From an uncultured Halobacteriales archaeon (GTDB taxonomy: Archaea; Thermoplasmatota; E2; JACPAO01; JAHFTW01): a stretch of 64,000 nt of DNA. The DNA is taken from NCBI GenBank assembly GCA_964627625.1, contig CAZVJB010000002.1, positions 92,197 through 156,196 of the forward strand. Direction: 5' to 3'. Positions 36,003-45,792 of this stretch are shown here, in pieces. The notes beneath the pieces are model-generated. The model did not search any database. It was not told the DNA's origin and was given only the letters and a program-made list of their open reading frames with translations. Position numbers and translations under genes: made by a program. How positions within the stretch are numbered: the first letter of the stretch is position 1; each line of letters starts with the position of its first letter.

Positions 36003-38447
36003 ATGTCTTTCCGTATCGTGTCCCTATGTCTTGCCGTCGCCCTGCTTGGGGCCCTCGTGTCGCCGGCGGAGTCCGCGGTAATCCCGGGAATCGACATAAT
36101 CGATTCGTGCACGTATTCCAATTCGGGTTGCCCGACACCGCCACTGCCTATCCTTCCGGCGCCGCCCATCGGGAACGGGTTCCCAATCAACGACGTGTGG
36201 AGCCCGTATTGGAACACCGCCTCGGCTTATGGTCCGCAGCTTGTCACGCATACCGACTTGTGCAATACGGCCCCCGAGCCAATCACCGTCATCGTGGGCC
36301 AGAACCTGGTCACATGCGTCAACGCACAAGGCCCGCCGAGCCCGGGGTGTCCCTGCCCGCCGACACCGGAGCCCATCCCGATTCCGCTACCCTCCCAATT
36401 GTGGTACTCCACGGCCTTCTGGGATGGTAGCGACGGCTACATTCTCGGCGGGGCCATCGACCTTGACGGCTCCGAAACGAGCGCGGTGACGAAGTTCAGT
36501 CGCGGCATGCCGCAGGGCCCGCTCTACGATCCTCCGTACGAGCCCATCCAGCCGGGGGGGGTATTGCAGTCGGCAGGCTCGCTGCCAACTGCGCGCTCGA
36601 ACCAAGGGCTTGCGTACGATACAGCTGGCAACATGGCATACCTGTTTGCCGGCACGAACGGCGGCGAGCTGGACAACAGCATCTACAGCTACACGCCCGT
36701 GACCCAGAGCTCCGGCACGGCGCCGTGCGTCCTGCCCCGCAACTTCGACAAGATGGCGGGCGCGTGGGCGGAGGGCGCCGCCTACGCGTTCGGAGGGCGC
36801 TACCTCGAGGGCAACGGCGACACGGTCGCCTTCAGCCTGCATACCTCCAATGAAATCTACAAGTTCGACCCGTCCACCTGCACGGTCACACTGAATCCGT
36901 TCAATCTCCCCCCGAACGGGGCCGCCAATCCCTACACGCCGGACGGCAAGCGGTTCGGCATGACGGCCGTGACGGTCGGCACCGAGGTCTTCCTGTTTGG
37001 CGGGTTCTTCATGGATGATGTCGCCGGGACCACGCCGACGGAGGTCAACAGCGGTGCCTACGCGTACAACCCGTTGTGCGGCGTTGCCCCACCACAGCCA
37101 CCGTACCTTCCGTGCACGGTGCCACAGTGCTCCATTCTCAAGTTCACGCCGGCCACGGGCATCGTGACGACCATCAATCCGTCGTTTGCGAGCTTGTGCG
37201 GGAACATGTCCGCCGTCTACGACGGCAAGTACATTTTCCTGTTCAAGGGCGGCAGCGCTTACCGGTACGACCCTGCCACGCCAACCATCATGCCCACCTT
37301 TGCAGCCAGTCTGCCGGTCGGCATTGGCCAACCGCTCAAGGCCAACGACTACAGTCGGGGCGGCACCGAAGGGACCTCGGCCATCGCGACGGGATGCAGC
37401 GCCTACATTTTCGGGGGCAAGGTGGATTTCGCCGTTCCTCCTGTCACGACTGCACCCGATGGCCCCATCTCGGACAAGATTACCTGGTTCGGCAAGTGCC
37501 GGCCAACCGCGGTCTTGGCGCCGACCTACGGCTACACCTGCCCGTTCTACCCTATCTGGTTTGACGCCCGCTTCTCGATTGTGGCGGAAGGCGACTTCAA
37601 GAAGGTCACGTGGAACTGGGGCGATGGCACACCGTCGCAGACGGGCTGGTATTTCCCGCACTCCCCTGACTGGTACGACCAGTACGCCTTCCTGCCGCAC
37701 ACCTTCACGAACGAAGGCAATTTCGTGGTCACGATGACAGTGGAGGACTTCAACGGCTTCAAGTCGAGCGCACAGACAACGGTCCCGATTCGAACCGATG
37801 CCGTCTGCACGATGTATGGCGGCACACCGCACACGGGGGCGACGACAATCACGTATCCGGACTCCGAGTCCTTGGACAGCGATCTTGACGGCATCCCCGA
37901 CGTTTCGGACAACTGTGCGGGCGTTGCGAACAACGACCAAGTTGACGAAGACGCCGATGGCGTGGGCGACGAATGCACGACCGCGCCTGTCGACGAGGAA
38001 AAACCGGTGATTCAGCCAGCCCCACCCGAGGTCGTCATGCCCGACAAGGATCGCGACGGCATTCCGGACGTTCGCGATAACTGCAGGGCTTTGCCCAATC
38101 ATGACCAGTCTGACTTGGACACCGATTTGGCTGGCGACGTCTGCGACGTGGACATCGATGGCGATGGCGTTTCGAATTCAGGCCCGCCCGGCGCGTTCTT
38201 GGACAATTGTCCGTGGTACGCCAACCCGGACCAGTTGGACTCGAACGGCGACGGCGCCGGCGACGAATGCGCCTTCATGGAGGGCGCGTTTGCCAAGCCG
38301 AAGGCGGCTGGCCCGGCGGCGGCAGGCGATGTCGCGAAGCCGTCTTCGCTGCCGTGGGCCGCCGCAACCGGGATGGCCATCGCGGCCGCGCTCGGCACAG
38401 TCTTCCTACTCATGGTCCTGCTACGCCGGACCCGGCGCCCCGAGTAG
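36003..38447 (+). CDS. Paralogous type-I membrane Kelch/PKD/TSP3 surface protein (tandem duplicate of 33637-35883)
   Basis: Same architecture and many identical motifs (AYLFAGTNGGELDNSIYSYTPVTQSSGTAPCVLPRNFDKMAGAWA…, PKD WNWGDGTPS…, TSP3 DSDLDGIPDVSDNCAGVANNDQVDEDADGVGDEC, DKDRDGIPDVRDNCRALPNHDQSDLDTDLAGDVCDVDIDGDGV). TM MAIAAALGTVFLLMVLL followed by RRTRRPE. ATG at 36003. Confidence 0.75.
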   Translation: MSFRIVSLCLAVALLGALVSPAESAVIPGIDIIDSCTYSNSGCPTPPLPILPAPPIGNGFPINDVWSPYWNTASAYGPQLVTHTDLCNTAPEPITVIVGQNLVTCVNAQGPPSPGCPCPPTPEPIPIPLPSQLWYSTAFWDGSDGYILGGAIDLDGSETSAVTKFSRGMPQGPLYDPPYEPIQPGGVLQSAGSLPTARSNQGLAYDTAGNMAYLFAGTNGGELDNSIYSYTPVTQSSGTAPCVLPRNFDKMAGAWAEGAAYAFGGRYLEGNGDTVAFSLHTSNEIYKFDPSTCTVTLNPFNLPPNGAANPYTPDGKRFGMTAVTVGTEVFLFGGFFMDDVAGTTPTEVNSGAYAYNPLCGVAPPQPPYLPCTVPQCSILKFTPATGIVTTINPSFASLCGNMSAVYDGKYIFLFKGGSAYRYDPATPTIMPTFAASLPVGIGQPLKANDYSRGGTEGTSAIATGCSAYIFGGKVDFAVPPVTTAPDGPISDKITWFGKCRPTAVLAPTYGYTCPFYPIWFDARFSIVAEGDFKKVTWNWGDGTPSQTGWYFPHSPDWYDQYAFLPHTFTNEGNFVVTMTVEDFNGFKSSAQTTVPIRTDAVCTMYGGTPHTGATTITYPDSESLDSDLDGIPDVSDNCAGVANNDQVDEDADGVGDECTTAPVDEEKPVIQPAPPEVVMPDKDRDGIPDVRDNCRALPNHDQSDLDTDLAGDVCDVDIDGDGVSNSGPPGAFLDNCPWYANPDQLDSNGDGAGDECAFMEGAFAKPKAAGPAAAGDVAKPSSLPWAAATGMAIAAALGTVFLLMVLLRRTRRPE

Positions 38448-38572
38448 CGGCGTCAGCCATGCGCAAGCCTGCCGCAAGGACAGCCGGCGCTGCCACCGGC
38501 GCAAGCCTTAGTTTTTGGCCACGGATGTCCGTTTCTTGGGGGCAGGCCCGGTCAAGGCGTCCCATAAAGGCT

Positions 38573-39883
38573 ATGTTGCTTGCCGATGCTCCAAGAGCGG
38601 GTATGTTGGGTCACGCAGTTCGCGCCGCCGGGCAGGATGCCGCTCCGCCGCCGCAGGCAATTCCGCGTTCGACGGTCGGGGGGCAGACGACCTTCGCCGG
38701 CCGATACCTGATTCTCGTTGCAGCGGCCATCGCGCTTTGCCTGCTCATTTTCCTCCCAAATACGGCAGACGCACAATGTGCTCCTGGTCCGCCTCCGAAC
38801 GACTGTTTTGCCAGCGCCAAGACCGGTTCGGGCGAGTATTCGAATACCCAAAGCACCATCGGTGCCACGAACGAGGTCAGCGAACAGGTACCCATGACTG
38901 CGGCCGACGCAGTGGGCGCCACGATTTGGTACAGTTGGACTGCCCCGTACGCCGGCACGGCAAGCGTGAGCCTGTGCGGCTCCGACTACAACTCGGTGCT
39001 TGCAGTCTGGACGGGTTCGGCCATCGGGTCATTGTTCCTGGTGACCTACAACGACGATGGGTGCGGCGGCATCGGTGTTCCAAGCCAGCTGAGTTTCACC
39101 TGCGCGGCCAACACCGTCTACCGGATTCAGGTCGCCGGTTGGTCGCAATCGGTTGGCAATGCGAGACTCACAATCACGGGTTGCACGACCCCGCCTCCCT
39201 CGCGGACTGATTCCGACCAGGATGGCGTCGAAAACGATGCCGACAACTGTCCTGCCATCAACAACAACCAGGACGACCTCGACCGTGACGGCGAGGGCGA
39301 CCCCTGCGACGCCGACCGCGATGGTGACGAGATTGCCAATGGGGTCGACAATTGCCCGGATCTTGCCAACCCAAATCAGACGGACGAGGATGAGAACGGC
39401 ATAGGAGATGTCTGCGAGGGCGCGGATGGCAGCGGCACGGTGGAGACACCACCGTCGCAGGAAGTTGACTCGGATCTCGACAGCGTCCCCGACAATGCGG
39501 ACAACTGTCCAGCCGCAGCCAATCGCTATCAAGACGACCTCGATGACGATAACATCGGCGACTTGTGCGATTCTGACCTGGACGGCGACGGGGTGTCCAA
39601 CGAGGCCATTGCCGACGATGGCATTGTCGCCACGTTCACGGACAACTGCCCGCAAGTACCCAATCCGGACCAGTTGGACAGCGACGGCGACGGCAAGGGT
39701 GATGCGTGTCAATTCCTGGCTGGCTGGACCCCGCAGAAAGGCGGCTTGCCGGCGCCCGGAAGTTCGGCCGAGCGTGCAGAGTCGAAAACGATGTGGTTCA
39801 TGGCCGCAATCACGGTGGGCGGCGCCGTTCTCGTGGCCGCCCTAGTCGGCCTTGTCGTCGCGATGATACGCCGCAAATCGTAG
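38573..39883 (+). CDS. Type-I membrane protein with a Cys-containing N-terminal beta domain and four or more TSP3 repeats
   Basis: TM/signal YLILVAAAIALCLLIFL. Domain CAPGPPPNDC…YNDDGCGG…SQLSFTCAANTVYRIQVAGW. TSP3 repeats DSDQDGVENDADNCPAINNNQDDLDRDGEGDPCDADRDGDEIANGVDNCPDLANPNQTDEDENGIGDVC…DSDLDSVPDNADNCP…. C-terminal TM MWFMAAITVGGAVLVAALVGLVVAM followed by IRRKS. The start is 38573 or 38603. Confidence 0.7.
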   Translation: MLLADAPRAGMLGHAVRAAGQDAAPPPQAIPRSTVGGQTTFAGRYLILVAAAIALCLLIFLPNTADAQCAPGPPPNDCFASAKTGSGEYSNTQSTIGATNEVSEQVPMTAADAVGATIWYSWTAPYAGTASVSLCGSDYNSVLAVWTGSAIGSLFLVTYNDDGCGGIGVPSQLSFTCAANTVYRIQVAGWSQSVGNARLTITGCTTPPPSRTDSDQDGVENDADNCPAINNNQDDLDRDGEGDPCDADRDGDEIANGVDNCPDLANPNQTDEDENGIGDVCEGADGSGTVETPPSQEVDSDLDSVPDNADNCPAAANRYQDDLDDDNIGDLCDSDLDGDGVSNEAIADDGIVATFTDNCPQVPNPDQLDSDGDGKGDACQFLAGWTPQKGGLPAPGSSAERAESKTMWFMAAITVGGAVLVAALVGLVVAMIRRKS

Positions 39884-40034
39884 GGCTGCGCCATTGGCGC
39901 GCCGGCGCTAGGATTGTGGCGCGCAGCACGCGCGCAGAAGCGCGCCGCGCCGGCGCCCGCGGCCCGACCCGCGCGCGTCCCGGCCATTTGGGGGCCTTCC
40001 GTTCGACCCGCTTCTTGGACATAAATGTTAAGCC

Positions 40035-43000
40035 TTGAACAGGGTCGTGCCGCCTATGCGCTGGCTGGTTCTAGCCGCTTTATTGATGGTTGCGTTGCCG
40101 GTTTCAGCTGTCGCTCCGTTGTCGCTTGACCTGGGCCAATTCACCCCCCCTGGCGCGGCGCCGGCCGCGGACAACAAGCACGATGATTCGGCAACCGACC
40201 CGTGGGCCTGGCTTCCTCGCGCTCATGCGGATGCGCATTTCGAAGCGGTCCTCGGCAATTCACCCGGCATCCTGGGCCTCGACGCCCTTGCCACCGAAAC
40301 AGAGGGTTCACCCACTACCTCGCCCCCCGTCATCCCAACCGGTGACTACCCGGTGGGTTGGGTCACCGCGTTCCTCGGCAGCCCGCGCATCCTGCGCATG
40401 GCGGACCTCGACGGCGACGGAGGGCGCGACGTTGTCGCCGGCACGGACCTTGGTGTGGTCGCCGTTGATGGAAATACCGCGCAAGTTCGTTGGTTCCGGC
40501 CGATTGGCAACGGCGTGCGCGGCCTCGAGATTGGTCAGTACGACGGCGGCAAAGGCCAGGACGTCGCGTACGCGACAGGCTGGGGCGCACGGGACCCCTT
40601 GGCTGCGGTTGTCTCGGGCGTCACGGGCAGCGTCCTTTGGCAAGTGGACCTGCCTTCTCCGGCGTTGACAATCGCCTTGGTCCCAGGCGACAAACCGGAC
40701 ATGCTGGTCGCAACGATGGCCGGAACGCACGTTCGGCTTGCCGGCGCTGACGGCGCGACCGTCTGGTCGACCGACTCGAACCTGCTCCCTAGCACTGGCG
40801 CCGTCGTTGCCGGTTACTTCAACCTCGGCCACTACCTTGCATCCGCCGGCGACGTCAACGGCGACGGCACACCAGATCTGGTGAGCGCGGCCCTCGTCTA
40901 CTACTACGCCTCCGCCCCGCTGGCCGTCTGGTCCTTCAATGAGTTCACCATGCTGAGCGCCGTTGACGGTGCCACGGGCAACATGCTTTGGCACCACCCG
41001 ATTGGCGCCGAGCCGACCGCGGACTTCTCCTTCACCGTCCTCTCGGACTTGGACGCCCTCGACACGAAGGGCGACGGCTCGCTGGATATCGCGTACACGG
41101 GTGCCACCATGCGATTCGACGCGGCGATTGTGTCCTACCGTCCATTCCTGCGTGTCGTCGATGGCGCAAGTGCAGTCGTCGGGACCCTCCTTGGAACGCG
41201 CGAGACCGCCTCTTCCCAGGTCCGCCTGGAATTGTTCGTCGCGCTCGACCATACCGATGTCAACGGGGATGGCCGCGACGAAGCCGTGGTGCTGCGTGAG
41301 TCCATCGTGCAATCGCTGACGGTCGGAGGCAGCCTGTTCTTGGAGCGCTTCGCCTTTGCCTCGGACCCCACCACGGCCGGCCTCATGCTCGTCCTTTCCG
41401 ACATTTCGTTGCCCTTTTCGTACGGCGCGTGGCTTGCACCAACAAGTGCTGCGCCCGGGGCCCGCGACGTAGCAGTCCTGATGCCTTGGGCCGATGGCTC
41501 CGTGGAGCGCATCGACGCAGCCGGAAAATCCGTTGGCGTGCGTGAGTTTGCGTCGCAAGGCGCCATGTCTATCCTCGACATGGAAGGCGTGACGGTCGTC
41601 GGTACGGAGGCGGGTCTTGAGTTCAGCGACCACACCTTCGCCAAGATCGGCGCGCAGACCCTCTTCTTCGGCCGCCCCTTGCAAATTGAGGTTGTCCCCG
41701 CGTCGGGTGCCCCCGTCATCGCGGTGCGCTCCTCGGACCACGCAATTCACGTGCTCGACCCCGTAACCGGACAACGCATGCTCCGGACCGTCGTCCCGGG
41801 CCTGAATTCCCTGCATGCGGATACGCACGCCGACACGGGTCTGCTGTTCGTCGGCTCCTACGTTCAGGGTGACTTTGACTCAAGTCGCCTGATGGAGGCT
41901 TGGCACATGCCTGAGGCCACCGTTGTGTGGTCGCAAAAGTACGGCGGCTACAGTTATGGCGTCCCCGGGGGCGTCCATTGGTTCGATGGCAATGGTGATG
42001 GCATCGACGACGCCTTGGTCCAAGCGGGCTATGCAGGAAGCGGCAAGTACTCCATCAAGGCCGTAAGCGGGTCAGACGGCTCGACTCTGTTCGACGCTGC
42101 CCTACCCGCGGGCGCATTCTCATACTACTTCTATCAGGCGGCCACGGTTCGCTTCGGCGGCCACGCGGGCGACGATTTCGTTCTTGCGGACTGGCGGTAC
42201 ACCTGGGCCTTCGAGGGCTCCACCGGGAAAAACCTGTGGAAACTTGAACTCGATTACGAACCCGACTGCATGACGGCGGCGGACTTCGACGCCGACGGCG
42301 CAGAGGCGCTGCATTACATGCGGTACGATTGGCGCTCGCGCGATGTGGTCATCGGCCAAGTTGGCTTGGATGGCAAGGCGCAAGAAACCGCGCTGCCAGG
42401 CGACGACAATTTCTGGATCAATTGCTGGTACGCTCAAGGCCCAAGCAAAACGGTGCTGGTCGCCTTCGCAAGTTATTATGGCGGCGGCAAATCGCTGGCG
42501 GGAGCCATCGCCTTCGACGCCTCTGGAATCCGCTGGAGCACGCTTGTGGACGTCCGCGAGGAGGACGCCACGGCCTTCACGCCCTTGGCCGTCGATGCGA
42601 CTGCGTACGGTGGCGGTCGCGTGTACGGCGGTTTCGGCGCTGCGCTGCGCGTTGCGAACTTGGACGACGGCGCGACGGTGACCGACGTGTCGCTAGACGT
42701 TCGGCCAAGCAGCATCAAGGTTCTCGACTTGGATCACGTCGGAGACCTGGACTTCATCCTGTCTACGCCCGATGGGCTTCTTCGCGGCATGGGCGCCGAC
42801 CTCAAACTGGTCGTTCCAGGTGAGGGACCGGGCGACGGGACCGATCCGGGGGCCCGCATCGATGACGGCGTTCTGCCGGGCGATGCAGTCGAGGGGGGCG
42901 AGCCCGGCGACGGTGGCGCGGCACGGCCGATTGAGGCGGACGGGGACGGCGGCAAGACCAGCCCCGACCTGCCCACGACAATCGTCGTGGCGGCCCTGTT

Positions 43001-43037
43001 GGGCCTTGTCATACGCAAGCGTCGCCGCAGCGCCTAG
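40035..43037 (+). CDS. 1000-aa type-I membrane protein with integrin-alpha-like FG-GAP/VCBS beta-propeller repeats
   Basis: Signal MRWLVLAALLMVALPVSA. Recurrent Ca-binding-like DxDGDGxxD loops (DLDGDGGRDVV, DVNGDGTPDLV, TKGDGSLDIAY, DVNGDGRDEAV, DGNGDGIDDAL, DFDADGAEAL). A Gly/Asp/Pro-rich stalk, then TM TTIVVAALLGLVI followed by RKRRRSA. Confidence 0.75.
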   Translation: MNRVVPPMRWLVLAALLMVALPVSAVAPLSLDLGQFTPPGAAPAADNKHDDSATDPWAWLPRAHADAHFEAVLGNSPGILGLDALATETEGSPTTSPPVIPTGDYPVGWVTAFLGSPRILRMADLDGDGGRDVVAGTDLGVVAVDGNTAQVRWFRPIGNGVRGLEIGQYDGGKGQDVAYATGWGARDPLAAVVSGVTGSVLWQVDLPSPALTIALVPGDKPDMLVATMAGTHVRLAGADGATVWSTDSNLLPSTGAVVAGYFNLGHYLASAGDVNGDGTPDLVSAALVYYYASAPLAVWSFNEFTMLSAVDGATGNMLWHHPIGAEPTADFSFTVLSDLDALDTKGDGSLDIAYTGATMRFDAAIVSYRPFLRVVDGASAVVGTLLGTRETASSQVRLELFVALDHTDVNGDGRDEAVVLRESIVQSLTVGGSLFLERFAFASDPTTAGLMLVLSDISLPFSYGAWLAPTSAAPGARDVAVLMPWADGSVERIDAAGKSVGVREFASQGAMSILDMEGVTVVGTEAGLEFSDHTFAKIGAQTLFFGRPLQIEVVPASGAPVIAVRSSDHAIHVLDPVTGQRMLRTVVPGLNSLHADTHADTGLLFVGSYVQGDFDSSRLMEAWHMPEATVVWSQKYGGYSYGVPGGVHWFDGNGDGIDDALVQAGYAGSGKYSIKAVSGSDGSTLFDAALPAGAFSYYFYQAATVRFGGHAGDDFVLADWRYTWAFEGSTGKNLWKLELDYEPDCMTAADFDADGAEALHYMRYDWRSRDVVIGQVGLDGKAQETALPGDDNFWINCWYAQGPSKTVLVAFASYYGGGKSLAGAIAFDASGIRWSTLVDVREEDATAFTPLAVDATAYGGGRVYGGFGAALRVANLDDGATVTDVSLDVRPSSIKVLDLDHVGDLDFILSTPDGLLRGMGADLKLVVPGEGPGDGTDPGARIDDGVLPGDAVEGGEPGDGGAARPIEADGDGGKTSPDLPTTIVVAALLGLVIRKRRRSA

Positions 43038-43345
43038 ACGTCATTTCATGCCCTCCTGCGGGCCGAATCTGTTTTCCCGTGGCCTCAGGCACGGCGGCCG
43101 CAGATGACGCAGATTGCACAGATTTCCCCGCAGGGAATCTGCGAAATCTGCGGCTGCCGGCCGGGGGCTCGGCCTGGAAAAACGGGGCCAACCCGAAGGA
43201 GTTCTGAAACAGCCTCTAATGCCACGGCCACTCCGGTCATGCCCTTGCGCCTTGGGCGGACAAAGAATAAGCTCAAATGGGTCAACGGCTCGGGCCTTCT
43301 GTCGGGTGGGGGCCTCGTGGCTGCCTTTCCGATTGTTGGCACCTG

Positions 43346-43849
43346 ATGCTGGACGACCAAACCGTCCGCGGCCTTTTGCAGGCCTACCACGATTCCACGC
43401 AGGGCGAGGATGGGGTTCCTACACCGCTCATGATTCTCCACGGCCTGCGGGAGGAGGTCACGATCCGCCCGCACATCGAATTACCGTCGGCGTACCACAT
43501 GGCCCACTACCTCGACGAATTCGTGACGGAACGCACGATAGGCATCACCGTGTGTGGTCGCTTCTTCAAACAGATTGGCGAGAAGGTCTTCCAGGGCACG
43601 CTCCTGTACCACGTCGACCGCATCGGCAGCCACCTGATTCGCGGCATCAACGCGCAGACCGGCCTCTACACCGTCCTCGACGATTCGCCGTACTGGAACA
43701 AGTTCCCCTACGACTTTGACCAGGGACCGCAAGACCCAGACTTGCCCATCGGCTACCACCCGGGGCCAGAACTTGAAGAGGGCGAAGGTGCAGCCGATGA
43801 TGACAAGACAGCAAACGCGGCCGCCGGCGACGACGACAGCGAACCCTGA
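43346..43849 (+). CDS. Hypothetical protein with an acidic C-terminal tail
   Basis: MLDDQTVRGLLQAYHDS…ITVCGRFFKQIGEKVFQGTLLYHVDRIGSHLIRGINAQTGLY… has globular-like composition. It lies immediately upstream of the ABC-F gene. No family was recognised. Confidence 0.4.
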   Translation: MLDDQTVRGLLQAYHDSTQGEDGVPTPLMILHGLREEVTIRPHIELPSAYHMAHYLDEFVTERTIGITVCGRFFKQIGEKVFQGTLLYHVDRIGSHLIRGINAQTGLYTVLDDSPYWNKFPYDFDQGPQDPDLPIGYHPGPELEEGEGAADDDKTANAAAGDDDSEP

Positions 43850-43906
43850 CGACCGCAGGCTTAACGACGCGTCGCCCGTCGCCGCCATCGTGCACCGGAG
43901 TGACGC

Positions 43907-45712
43907 ATGAGCCAGCCACTCGTGAAGGCCGACGACCTGCACGTTAGCTTCGGCCCGACGCACGTGCTTCGCGGCGCGGGCTTCATCATCCATCCGGGCG
44001 ACAAGATTGCGCTTGTCGGGCCCAACGGCGCAGGCAAGACGACACTTTTCAAGATACTCTCGGGTCAGATTCGGCCTGATCTTGGCGAACTTGCGATGGA
44101 TCCGGACCTGCGCATCGCCTACATGCCGCAAGTCCCGGATATTCCGGCGGCCACTCCGGTGCAGGACCTGCTTGCGGCGCCGTCTGCCAACGCGCGTCGC
44201 ATCGAGCAGGAGATTGGCGGCCTCGAAGCGTGGATGGCAGACCCCGCCTCGTTCGAAGGGCCCGACGTCAACGAGAAGATGGCGCGGTACTCGGAGTTGC
44301 AGTCCCGTCTGCAGGAGGAGCGCAGCAAGGGCCGCGCCACGGATTCGCCGCTACTCAACGACCTCGGCCTGCCGGAGGAGACGCTGGAGGCGAATTTCGG
44401 CAGCCTGTCCGGCGGCGAACGCAGCAAAGTGCTTCTGGCCAAGGCGCTCGCTGCGGCCAAGGAAACCGACTTATTGCTGCTTGACGAACCGACGAACCAC
44501 ATGGACATCCCGACGGTGGAGTTCATCGAGCAGTACCTCATGGACTTGAAGGGCTCCGTCATCGTTTCCGCGCATGACAAGTACCTTCTGGACAACGTGG
44601 CCGACCGGGTCTTCGAGGTTGACCACCGCAAAGTCGCGTCGTACACGGGAAATTACTCCAGCTACCAGGCACAACGGCGGGCTCTGCAAGCCGCGATTGC
44701 CGCGCGCAAGGCCCGCAACGAGAACGAGGTCAAACGGCAACTCAAGATCATCGAGGAACTGAAGGTGCGTAACAAGTTCGACGCCCAGGTGCGCAGCCGC
44801 AAAACACGCATGAAGCACCTCGAGCAACCGCGCGAGGAGGCGCCAACGACGCGCAAGGCCTTCCGCATGCTCTTTGACACCGACACGCCGCCGCGCGAAT
44901 CCATTCAGATTGACGACGTTTCCAAGACCTTTGGCGAGCGCGTGCTGTTCTCGCATGTGACATTAGAGGTTGAGGGTGGCGACAAGATTGGCCTCATCGG
45001 TCCGAACGGCTGTGGCAAGTCGACTCTCATCAAGCTCATCACTGGCAAGATGCAGCCGAACGGTGGCACCATCAAGCGCGCGCCCGCCGTAAGCATCGGC
45101 TACTTCGACCAACATCACGAGGGCCTGCACCCCGAACGCACCCTGCTTGAGGAGGCGCAGAGCCTGCGTGACCCGCCTCCTCCCGACGAATGGAGCCGCG
45201 GCCTGTTGGGTCGTTTCCACTTCAGCGGCGACGAGGTCTACAAGAAAGTCAAGGAACTCTCGGGCGGTGAACGTGCGCGCCTCGCCTTGGCGAAATTCAT
45301 CGTCGGACGGCACAACACCCTCATCCTGGACGAGCCGACAAACCACCTCGACATCGAATCGCAGGAGATTGTTGCGGCGGCCCTGCGCGAATACGAGGGC
45401 ACCGTCATTGTCGTCTCGCACAATCGCAGTTTCCTCGATGAGGTCTCCAACAAAATCGCCATCATTGCGCATCGGCGTGTCGGGCTCTTCCCAGGGAATT
45501 TCAGTTCGGCGTGGGCCTCGAAGCGCATGTCCGAGTTTGCCGCCACCGGCGCCAAGGGGCGCTACAAGGTCCTGCGCGCGTTCAAGGATTGGGAAAGGGA
45601 CGCGAAGTTCCACTCGGGCGACATGATTACGATTACCGGCCTTGAGACCCAGGGTTTCCGACGCCTTCTGCGTTGGGCCGAGTCTGAAGGACGCATCGAA
45701 GAGATGACGTGA
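43907..45712 (+). CDS. ABC-F family ATPase (two tandem ABC cassettes, no TMD)
   Basis: Two Walker A motifs (GPNGAGKTT; GPNGCGKST), two ABC signatures (LSGGERSKV; LSGGERARL), two Walker B motifs (LLLLDEPTNHMD; TLILDEPTNHLD), and a charged linker between the cassettes. Confidence 0.85.
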   Translation: MSQPLVKADDLHVSFGPTHVLRGAGFIIHPGDKIALVGPNGAGKTTLFKILSGQIRPDLGELAMDPDLRIAYMPQVPDIPAATPVQDLLAAPSANARRIEQEIGGLEAWMADPASFEGPDVNEKMARYSELQSRLQEERSKGRATDSPLLNDLGLPEETLEANFGSLSGGERSKVLLAKALAAAKETDLLLLDEPTNHMDIPTVEFIEQYLMDLKGSVIVSAHDKYLLDNVADRVFEVDHRKVASYTGNYSSYQAQRRALQAAIAARKARNENEVKRQLKIIEELKVRNKFDAQVRSRKTRMKHLEQPREEAPTTRKAFRMLFDTDTPPRESIQIDDVSKTFGERVLFSHVTLEVEGGDKIGLIGPNGCGKSTLIKLITGKMQPNGGTIKRAPAVSIGYFDQHHEGLHPERTLLEEAQSLRDPPPPDEWSRGLLGRFHFSGDEVYKKVKELSGGERARLALAKFIVGRHNTLILDEPTNHLDIESQEIVAAALREYEGTVIVVSHNRSFLDEVSNKIAIIAHRRVGLFPGNFSSAWASKRMSEFAATGAKGRYKVLRAFKDWERDAKFHSGDMITITGLETQGFRRLLRWAESEGRIEEMT

Positions 45713-45792
45713 GTCGCTCAGCCATTCCAGCATCTGCCTGTCGGGCAGACAACCCCTTTAAGCCGCTCCAGACGTAAGAGGTCGGAGCCGAG

